Source of the DNA: an uncultured Flavobacteriaceae bacterium
GTDB lineage: Bacteria > Bacteroidota > Bacteroidia > Flavobacteriales > Flavobacteriaceae
NCBI GenBank assembly: GCA_964194835.1
Contig: CAXMOE010000002.1
Location: 277-43,461 of the forward strand
Direction of reading: 5' to 3'
Length of the DNA: 43,185 nt
Shown: piece after piece, positions 36,369 through 43,185 of the stretch
How positions within the stretch are numbered: the first letter of the stretch is position 1
Layout of the letters: the number at the start of each line of letters is the position of its first letter
Made by a program: the position numbers and the translations under genes
The notes under the pieces: model-generated
Seen by the model: only the letters and a program-made list of their open reading frames with translations
Databases searched by the model: none
What the model was told of the DNA's origin: nothing

Positions 36369-37463
36369 ATGCATCCACACTTTAATATTGACCCGGATAT
36401 TACCAAAGCCAATACCCTTCCGGCCTCTTTTTATCGAGATCCTGAAATTTTTGAGGCCATAAAAAAATTAATCTTTTGTAGGTCCTGGCAATGGATCGGA
36501 CATGAAAATAAGGTAGAATCAAACCAACAGATCTATCCATTTACGTTGTTGGACAGTTATTTGACCGAGCCCATGGTTTTAACAAAGGACATTGCTAATA
36601 AAATACACTGTTTAAGCAATGTTTGCACACACCGAGGTAACCTTGTCGTAAACCATACAGGTAAAGCAAAAAAATTGATTTGCGGATATCACGGTAGACG
36701 GTTTCAACTTGATGGTGCTTTTGAACATATGCCTGAGTTTAAAGAGGCAGTCGGTTTTCCCCAGCCCTGTGATAATCTTCACCAATTTCCGTTACGGCAA
36801 TGGGGTCCGTTTTTGTTTGCCGGATTGAATCCTGTATTCGATTTTCAACAAGTTTTGGATACCATGAACGAGCGGGTCGGATTTTTACCTCTGCATGAGT
36901 TTAAACTTGATGAAAGTCGATCAAAAGATTATTTTGTAAACGCACATTGGGCACTTTACTGTGATAATTATCTGGAAGGTTTTCATATTCCCTTCGTTCA
37001 TGAAGACTTAGATCAAGTATTGGATTATGGAACATACGATACCGTAATTTATGAACATTTAAATCTTCAAATTGGTTATGCAGAAGAAACTGAGGAAATC
37101 TTTGATTTTCCGGAGGATCATGTGGACCATGGAAAAAAAGTAGCTGCGTATTACTATTGGGTATTTCCCAATATGATGTTTAATTTTTATCCTTGGGGAC
37201 TTTCTGTAAATATTGTTCATCCGTTGGAGTTGAATCGCACCAAGGTCTCTTTTTTAAGTTTTGTATACGATGCCACGAAACTGGAAAAAGGAGCCGGATC
37301 AATATTGGACAAGGTAGAAATAGAAGATGAAGAAGTAGTGGAAGGCGTTCAAAAAGGGATACGTTCCATGTTTTATAAAGCTGGTCGTTTTTCACCCACG
37401 CGAGAACAAGGGGTTCATCACTTTCACAGCCTGTTGGCCAATTTTTTAAACAGTAAGGAATAA
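36369..37463 (+). CDS. Rieske [2Fe-2S] non-haem-iron oxygenase alpha subunit (choline-monooxygenase-like)
   Basis: The Rieske motif is CLSNVCTHRGNLV..-..CGYHGRRF. The mononuclear iron motif is NYLEGFHIPFVH. The ATG at 36369 gives MHPHFNIDPDITKANTLPASFY. Confidence 0.8.
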   Translation: MHPHFNIDPDITKANTLPASFYRDPEIFEAIKKLIFCRSWQWIGHENKVESNQQIYPFTLLDSYLTEPMVLTKDIANKIHCLSNVCTHRGNLVVNHTGKAKKLICGYHGRRFQLDGAFEHMPEFKEAVGFPQPCDNLHQFPLRQWGPFLFAGLNPVFDFQQVLDTMNERVGFLPLHEFKLDESRSKDYFVNAHWALYCDNYLEGFHIPFVHEDLDQVLDYGTYDTVIYEHLNLQIGYAEETEEIFDFPEDHVDHGKKVAAYYYWVFPNMMFNFYPWGLSVNIVHPLELNRTKVSFLSFVYDATKLEKGAGSILDKVEIEDEEVVEGVQKGIRSMFYKAGRFSPTREQGVHHFHSLLANFLNSKE

Positions 37464-37492
37464 AAAATACCTCAAAAAAAAATTTAAAAATG

Positions 37493-37516
37493 TAACAATA
37501 GTGCTTTGTATTGTTA
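37493..37516. promoter_or_regulatory. Inverted repeat TAACAATA-N8-TATTGTTA between the Rieske gene and gcdH
   Basis: 8-bp perfect arms, 30 nt after the Rieske stop and 37 nt before the gcdH ATG. It overlaps a near-consensus -7 box (TATATTTC). It could be a weak terminator or an operator. Confidence 0.25.
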
Positions 37517-37552
37517 TATTTCTTTAACTACCTTTGACCCAAAATTGTATCT

Positions 37553-38731
37553 ATGCGGCCCGATTTATTTGAAGCTCCCGACTATTATAACCTGGATGAT
37601 TTATTCTCTGAAGAACACAAATTAGTGCGTGACGCGGCACGCCAATGGGTAAAACGTGATATCTCTCCTATTATAGAAGAATATGCCCAACGTGCAGAAT
37701 TTCCTAAACAAATAATTGGCGGCTTGGCCGAAATTGGTGCCTTTGGCCCCTATATTCCGGAGGAATACGGTGGGGCTGGACTAGATCAGATAAGCTATGG
37801 TCTGATCATGCAGGAGATTGAACGTGGCGATAGTGGAGTGCGCTCTACCGCTTCAGTGCAGTCTTCCCTAGTTATGTATCCCATTTTTACATACGGAAGC
37901 GAAGAGCAACGAAAAAAATATTTGCCCAAATTGGCAACCGGTGAATTTATGGGCGCTTTTGGGTTAACAGAACCTGATCACGGTTCTAATCCAAGTGGAA
38001 TGACCACCAACTTTAAAGACAAAGGCGACCACTATCTATTGAACGGTGCAAAACTTTGGATTTCCAATTCACCTTTTGCCGATATCGCCGTTGTTTGGGC
38101 CAAAAATGAGGAAGGCAGAATCCACGGTCTGATCGTGGAGCGTGGTATGGAAGGATTTTCGACCCCGGAGACACACAACAAATGGTCCTTACGCGCCTCT
38201 GCAACAGGAGAGCTTATATTCGACAATGTAAAAATACCCAAGGAAAACTTGCTCCCTGGCAAGAATGGACTTGGCGCTCCATTGGGTTGTTTGGACTCTG
38301 CCCGCTACGGAATTGCCTGGGGAGCAATAGGTGCTGCCATGGATTGCTATGATACTGCATTGCGATACGCCAAGGAACGTATACAATTTGGAAAGCCCAT
38401 TGCAGCTACCCAATTACAACAAAAAAAATTGGCCGAAATGATCACGGAAATTACCAAGGCACAGTTATTGGCCTTCCGTTTGGGACAACTCAAAAATGAG
38501 GGCAAGGCCACTACAGCTCAGATTTCAATGGCAAAGCGTAACAATGTGGACATGGCCATCAAAATAGCTCGTGAAGCCAGACAGGTTATGGGTGCAATGG
38601 GAATTACCGGAGAATATAGCATTATGCGCCATATGATGAACTTGGAATCCGTGATTACCTACGAAGGCACACACGATATTCATTTATTGATTACAGGGGC
38701 AGATATTACCGGTCTCAGTGCGTTCAAATAA
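37553..38731 (+). CDS. gcdH: Glutaryl-CoA dehydrogenase (acyl-CoA dehydrogenase family)
   Basis: 392 aa. Contains FGLTEPDHGSNPSGMTT, ISNSPFADIAVVWAK and YEGTHDIHLLITG..ITGLSAF, which is the GCDH-type pattern and C-terminus. Confidence 0.8.
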   Translation: MRPDLFEAPDYYNLDDLFSEEHKLVRDAARQWVKRDISPIIEEYAQRAEFPKQIIGGLAEIGAFGPYIPEEYGGAGLDQISYGLIMQEIERGDSGVRSTASVQSSLVMYPIFTYGSEEQRKKYLPKLATGEFMGAFGLTEPDHGSNPSGMTTNFKDKGDHYLLNGAKLWISNSPFADIAVVWAKNEEGRIHGLIVERGMEGFSTPETHNKWSLRASATGELIFDNVKIPKENLLPGKNGLGAPLGCLDSARYGIAWGAIGAAMDCYDTALRYAKERIQFGKPIAATQLQQKKLAEMITEITKAQLLAFRLGQLKNEGKATTAQISMAKRNNVDMAIKIAREARQVMGAMGITGEYSIMRHMMNLESVITYEGTHDIHLLITGADITGLSAFK

Positions 38732-41711
38732 TTTTTTCGTTTTGAGGATTTTCGGCATACCTAGGATCCTGAATATAATCCTGCTTTTGCATTTTTATGA
38801 CCTCAATGCTTAAAAACCCGAACTCACTCACCACTTTTCCATAAAACCGATAAATTCCCTTACCCCTAAAAAGGTATTGGGCAGCTACCGGCGGAAAAAG
38901 TACGGTGTCGAACACCTCACCCCATTGGTCCACCAACGTAGCAAAATTCATCCGCTTTCCATTGTGCGTCTTTGTATGCTTAACGGTTACCAGGTAACCG
39001 TAAATATCTATATGCTTGTTTACATGGCTGTTTAGATCTTTGCTGCCATTGATATTTTTTGGCGACTTCTTTAAGAGCTCAAATGGACTGCACAGACAAA
39101 AACCCAATAGTTCCAGTTGTGCAAAGGCCATTTCCAAATTGGTGGTATGGAGTTGGGGAATCTCAAAATTTTGATGCTTGGGCGGAAATAGTTTGGGATG
39201 ATCTATCATCGTTCCTTTGGAAACGAGTAAATGCGCCTGCCATAACAGCTCGGGGATGTTGGTTTGGGTAAATCGAAAGGCATCTATCCGAATAAGAATA
39301 CTTATTTGATCTATGGAGATCAGTACTCTATCCAAAAAATCCTCAAGCGAAATAAAGACCCCGTTTTTTTGTCGTTCATTAAGGATTCGTTCCATGACCC
39401 TCGCTTCCAATTCCTTTAGATACATATACCCCAAATACACGTCTTTTCCATAAATACAATTGGTAGCTAAACTATGATTAATGCAAGGTGCATGTATGGT
39501 TGCCCCTAACATGCGGGCCTCATGTACGTAAAATTCGGAACGATAATAACCTCCACCATTATTGAGCACTGCTACCATATATTCCAACGGGAAATAGGCC
39601 CTTAAAAACAAACTTTGATAGCTTTCCACGGCATAAGAAGCAGAGTGGCCCTTGGCAAAGGCATAACCCGCAAAACTGGCTACTTGGTCCCAAATCTCAA
39701 AAACTAGGGGTTCAGCATAACCCTTCTTACGACAGTTCTCAATAAATTTATCCTTCACCTTCTGAAATTCCTCACGGGAACGGAATTTCCCACTCATTCC
39801 CCTTCTAAGGACATCGGCCTCTCCCAAGCTTAGGTCTGCAAAATAATGGGCCACTTTTATCACATCTTCCTGATACACCATTACCCCATAAGTATCTGGC
39901 ATAATGTTCAACATTACCGGATGCGCTTTTTTTTCTGCCCTTCCTTGATCACGGTGACGTAAAATATATTCCCGCATCATTCCACTTTTTGCGACTCCCG
40001 GACGGATAATAGAGCTTGCCGCCACCAATCCCAGATAATTGTCCACCTCCAATTTTTTGAGCAACATACGCATGGCGGGCGACTCCACATAGAAACAACC
40101 CATGCACTGCGCCGTTTTGACAAGCCTGTTGATCTGTGGGTCTGTCTTAAATTGCTTTATATCATGGATGTCCAATGTTGAAGCTTTTTCTGGCTGGTTA
40201 TGGACCACTATCTCCAAGGCTTCCCGAATCTTGGCGAGACCACGTTGCCCCAAAATATCAAACTTAAAGAGACCCACATCCTCGGCAATGACCATATCAA
40301 ATTGCACGGTAGCAAATCCCTTGGGAGGCAAATGGGTTGCCGAAAAATAGTGCAATGGTTTTTCACTGATTAAAATACCTCCGGCATGTATGCTAAGATA
40401 ATTGGGCATTCCCCGGAGCAGCTCGCTGTATTTTATGACCAAAGTGGAAACTTCGTCCAATCGTGACGGATGATACTTTCCTTCACATAGTAGATCAATC
40501 TCTTCTTTTGGAAGTCCAAATACCTTTCCCAGCTCACGGATGACCCCTTTTCCCCTAAAGGTGACATAGGTCCCCAACAAGGCCACATGTTGGAACCTGT
40601 CAAAAATATACTGTGTCATTTCCCCCCTGTCCTTCCAAGAAAAATCGATATCAAAATCGGGAGGATTTACCCTATACAGATTAATAAAACGTTCAAAGTA
40701 CAGATCCAACTCTATGGGATCTACATCTGTAATGCGCAGTAAATAAGCCACAATGCTATTGGCACCGCTGCCACGGCCCACATAGAAAAAACCTTGTTTT
40801 TGGGCATAGGACACAATATCCCAATTGATCAAAAAATAAGATACAAACCCCATCTTTTTTATAAGGTCCAGTTCTTTTTTAAGCCTTTCCAAAATAACAG
40901 TGTCTGTTTGTGGATATCTATAAGAAAGCCCCTCTTGGCACAGTTTTTCAATGAGTTTTTCATCGGCCGATTGGTTCCCTGTGTAGGTCTTTAGATTCTG
41001 TGGTTTTCTTCCCTCGGAAAAATCAAAATGTATATGGCAAGAATGCATCAATTTTTCCGTGTTCTCCAAAATGAAGCTATATTCCGAGAAGACTGCTGCC
41101 AAATTTTGGACAGGAAACATCTTTTCTTCCTCATGGGCCTCTTCACTTTTAGGAAGTTTACTCAACAACGTATTATTATCAATGGCCCGTAACAATCGAT
41201 GTGCATTAAAGTCGCGCTTATTTCTAAAGGTAACTGGCTGTTGTACCACCAATTTTTCTTTAAATTCCATTACTCTGGAAAAGGGCAGCCGTCTTAAATC
41301 ATTAATGGAGATACCTATAAACTCATGTTCAGAGAAATCCTTTTGATCGTTCAACAATACATTTTCAAACGGATATACAATATAAGCGTCCTTGAAGTGG
41401 GGGGCATTGGATGGGAATTGTGCTTTTTGGTGGAGATGGCCAGATAAGAATGCATTCAATTCCAGATATCCCTCGTTATTTTTGGCAATCCCCACATAAC
41501 ATTGGTCTGTCCCATTCCTAAAATCGATTCCCAAAATGGGTCTAATGCCGTATTGTTCGGCCTTTCTCACAAAATTGAGGCATGCCGAAGTATTATTGAT
41601 ATCCGTAAGGGCCAACTGTACAACATGGTTCTCCTGGGCCAACTGCAATAGGTCAACCTCCGAAAATGTTCCGTAACGCAAGCTGTAATATGTATGGCAG
41701 TTTAAGTACAT
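38724..41711 (-). CDS. dnaE2: Error-prone DNA polymerase, DnaE2 (ImuC) type Pol III alpha paralogue
   Basis: 995 aa. The PHP N-terminus is degenerate (MYLNCHTYYSLRYGT). The palm motif is NPPDFDIDFSWKDR, with LFKFDILGQRGL and FAKGHSASYA also present. There is no exonuclease or tau-binding tail. It begins 2 nt after the upstream Y-family polymerase gene. Confidence 0.85.
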   Translation of the reverse strand: MYLNCHTYYSLRYGTFSEVDLLQLAQENHVVQLALTDINNTSACLNFVRKAEQYGIRPILGIDFRNGTDQCYVGIAKNNEGYLELNAFLSGHLHQKAQFPSNAPHFKDAYIVYPFENVLLNDQKDFSEHEFIGISINDLRRLPFSRVMEFKEKLVVQQPVTFRNKRDFNAHRLLRAIDNNTLLSKLPKSEEAHEEEKMFPVQNLAAVFSEYSFILENTEKLMHSCHIHFDFSEGRKPQNLKTYTGNQSADEKLIEKLCQEGLSYRYPQTDTVILERLKKELDLIKKMGFVSYFLINWDIVSYAQKQGFFYVGRGSGANSIVAYLLRITDVDPIELDLYFERFINLYRVNPPDFDIDFSWKDRGEMTQYIFDRFQHVALLGTYVTFRGKGVIRELGKVFGLPKEEIDLLCEGKYHPSRLDEVSTLVIKYSELLRGMPNYLSIHAGGILISEKPLHYFSATHLPPKGFATVQFDMVIAEDVGLFKFDILGQRGLAKIREALEIVVHNQPEKASTLDIHDIKQFKTDPQINRLVKTAQCMGCFYVESPAMRMLLKKLEVDNYLGLVAASSIIRPGVAKSGMMREYILRHRDQGRAEKKAHPVMLNIMPDTYGVMVYQEDVIKVAHYFADLSLGEADVLRRGMSGKFRSREEFQKVKDKFIENCRKKGYAEPLVFEIWDQVASFAGYAFAKGHSASYAVESYQSLFLRAYFPLEYMVAVLNNGGGYYRSEFYVHEARMLGATIHAPCINHSLATNCIYGKDVYLGYMYLKELEARVMERILNERQKNGVFISLEDFLDRVLISIDQISILIRIDAFRFTQTNIPELLWQAHLLVSKGTMIDHPKLFPPKHQNFEIPQLHTTNLEMAFAQLELLGFCLCSPFELLKKSPKNINGSKDLNSHVNKHIDIYGYLVTVKHTKTHNGKRMNFATLVDQWGEVFDTVLFPPVAAQYLFRGKGIYRFYGKVVSEFGFLSIEVIKMQKQDYIQDPRYAENPQNEKII

Positions 41712-41713
41712 GT

Positions 41714-42928
41714 CTATTGTTTTCTATGTGCCAAGACAACCGGTGGCTGTCCGTTGAACGGATTTTGCATTCTGCCAATGGTCTTGGCCCCCATGGTCGC
41801 GGCCCGTATTACGCTCCGATCCCCATAACGGCTCCTAATATTATCCAGGGCTGCATATAGGTTCAAGGCCTCCTCGGTATCCTCAAATAAATTGATCTGA
41901 TAGTTTCCATGCACCAAATGACTGAATCTAATTCCCACCAATCGCACCAACAACCTTCTATTGTACAGGGTTTTGAAGAGATCCAAAATCTTGGGAATCA
42001 AAATATGGTCTGCACTGGTGTAGGGAATCCTTAGCTGTTTGGTATAGGTGTTGAAATCCGAGTACCTGATCTTTACGGCAATACAGGCCGTGAGCTTTTC
42101 CCCTCTTCGCAATTGATAGGCCAAATTCTCTGTCATGGCAATAAGGATGCCCCGTAACTTTACCACATCAATGGTATCCTTGTCGAAAGTACGTTCCGTA
42201 GAGATCGATTTCCGCTCCGAAAAAGGGATTATGGGCGTATGGTCTATCCCATTGGCGCGTTTCCAAATAACGGCTCCGTTGGCTCCCAATACCCGTTGCA
42301 TAACGTCCATGGGCATCTCCTGAACCGTCTTTACCCTACGCAGTCCCAAGTTTCTAAGGGTCTGATAGGTTTTGTCCCCGACCATGGGAATTTTTTTAAT
42401 GGACAAAGGGGCCAAAAAAGTTTTCTCATAACCAAAGTCCACTTTAAGCTGATTGTTGGGCTTGGCCTCATTGGTCGCCACTTTAGACACCACCTTGTTG
42501 ACCGAAAGTCCAAATGAAATTGGAAGTCCTGTTTCCTTAATGACGTTCTTTCGCAGTTCAGAGGCATACTGGTAACACCCAAAAAAACGATCCATTCCCG
42601 TAAGGTCTACATAAAACTCGTCGATGCTCGATTTCTCGAACAGCGGTACATATTCTTTGATAATATTGGTAACCAGATCGGAATGCTTACTATAGGTTCC
42701 TGCATTGCCACGTATCACCACAGCTTCGGGGCATAGCTCCCTGGCCATTTTCATGGGCATGCCGGAATGCACCCCAAAACCCCTCGTCTCATAACTACAG
42801 GCTGCTACCACCCCCCTATCACTTGTGCCACCAACAAGTAGGGGCTTGGTCTGTAAACGACTGTCCAGCAGGCGCTCTACGGATACATAAAACGTATCGA
42901 GATCTAGATGAAGTATAGTTTTGTCCAT
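41714..42928 (-). CDS. Y-family DNA polymerase (DinB/Pol IV-like, occupying the ImuB position of a mutagenesis cassette)
   Basis: 404 aa. Contains HLDLDTFYVSVE (catalytic Asp plus steric gate), SIDEFYVDLTG (catalytic Asp-Glu), SVNKVVSKVATNEAKP and the little-finger region. It appears translationally coupled to dnaE2. Confidence 0.85.
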   Translation of the reverse strand: MDKTILHLDLDTFYVSVERLLDSRLQTKPLLVGGTSDRGVVAACSYETRGFGVHSGMPMKMARELCPEAVVIRGNAGTYSKHSDLVTNIIKEYVPLFEKSSIDEFYVDLTGMDRFFGCYQYASELRKNVIKETGLPISFGLSVNKVVSKVATNEAKPNNQLKVDFGYEKTFLAPLSIKKIPMVGDKTYQTLRNLGLRRVKTVQEMPMDVMQRVLGANGAVIWKRANGIDHTPIIPFSERKSISTERTFDKDTIDVVKLRGILIAMTENLAYQLRRGEKLTACIAVKIRYSDFNTYTKQLRIPYTSADHILIPKILDLFKTLYNRRLLVRLVGIRFSHLVHGNYQINLFEDTEEALNLYAALDNIRSRYGDRSVIRAATMGAKTIGRMQNPFNGQPPVVLAHRKQ

Positions 42929-42956
42929 TGTTTACCAAAAAAGGTAAACAAATTTA
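42929..42956 (-). promoter_or_regulatory. Perfect 22-bp palindrome TGTTTACC-N6-GGTAAACA abutting the polymerase ATG and overlapping a -7 box (TAAATTTG): candidate damage-response operator
   Basis: The plus strand at 42929..42950 reads tgtttaccaaaaaaggtaaaca, with 8-bp perfect arms. The minus strand reads TAAATTTG-TTTACCTTTTTTGGTAAACA-ATG, so the TAnnTTTG box (42949..42956) shares 2 nt with the upstream arm. Confidence 0.45.
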
Positions 42957-43062
42957 TGGATATATTCCTTATTAATGGAAATATTCCAATATATAAATTG
43001 TTAAATATGCATAGGCAATACAATTTCATATAAAAGTATATGGTTACAACCTATTTCTACCC

Positions 43063-43185
43063 TTGTTGATAACATTTTTAATAACTCATATTATTGGCCT
43101 TGAAAATCAAGAACTTAAGACACGTATTCTTGAATATTATGATGAAATTTCTCATACTTTCGGTGACGATGACAGGGACACCAAT
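43063..43185 (+). CDS. Possible 5' end of an unidentified gene running off the window
   Basis: The frame is open from 43015 to the window end. There is no ATG, but there are TTG candidates at 43063 and 43066. It translates to (L)LITFLITHIIGLENQELKTRILEYYDEISHTFGDDDRDTN, a hydrophobic start followed by protein-like sequence. The opposite strand is also open for 37 codons, so support is weak. Confidence 0.3.
   Translation, partial: MLITFLITHIIGLENQELKTRILEYYDEISHTFGDDDRDTN

Noticed and set aside
36205-36462. 85-aa ORF between the DDAH-like and Rieske genes
   Set aside because: It runs through the predicted promoter (-7 box at 36324) and into the Rieske coding region in another frame. The translation is implausible.
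1-43185. Search for CRISPR arrays, transposases or IS ends, integrases, prophage genes, restriction-modification, toxin-antitoxin or other defence modules
   Set aside because: None found. Every ORF of 100 aa or more that is not antisense to a better gene has a housekeeping, metabolic or envelope assignment. No spaced direct-repeat arrays are present.

Overview
This 43.2 kb window looks like ordinary chromosomal backbone from a Bacteroidota genome, probably a marine Flavobacteriia. Support for that: TAnnTTTG -7 promoter boxes, roughly 38-40% GC by eye, TAT-signal oxidoreductases, DUF1080, a sulfatase, and TRAP-based uronate uptake. I count about 38 protein genes and one tRNA-Asp(GTC).

Gene content in order:
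- A CheB/CheR-PAS signalling gene broken by a single in-frame TAG.
- An outer-membrane barrel gene, then a tightly packed operon of thioredoxin-like, ApbE, DUF4266 and DUF3570 genes.
- A peptidase block: a DmpA-like gene (frameshifted), an M61-like peptidase and a CPBP protease.
- A membrane-anchored AraC regulator.
- A 10.7 kb co-directional cluster: tandem DUF1080, TAT Gfo/Idh/MocA, an SDR mannonate oxidoreductase candidate, uxuA, uxaC, TRAP dctPQM, kdgK and eda.
- A TAT sulfite-oxidase-like molybdoenzyme with a monoheme cytochrome c.
- tRNA-Asp, a DUF58 gene, trxA, and dnaE with an N-terminal exonuclease domain.
- rpsP-rimM, an arylsulfatase, and a tRNA m6A37 methyltransferase.
- A DDAH-like amidinotransferase, a Rieske oxygenase and glutaryl-CoA dehydrogenase.
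- A two-gene translesion cassette (Y-family polymerase plus dnaE2).

I found no CRISPR array, transposase, integrase, phage gene, toxin-antitoxin pair or recognisable defence gene. I do not see a convincing undescribed multi-gene system.

The best second-look candidates are:
- the DinB-like/DnaE2 cassette, which has a perfect 22-bp palindrome over its promoter and start codon;
- the uncharacterised thioredoxin-ApbE-DUF4266-DUF3570 envelope module;
- the DUF1080/GFO pair at the head of the uronate cluster;
- two apparently recent gene inactivations (the CheB/CheR nonsense codon and the DmpA internal deletion).

All family calls rest on motifs read by eye from the translations. No database search was run.
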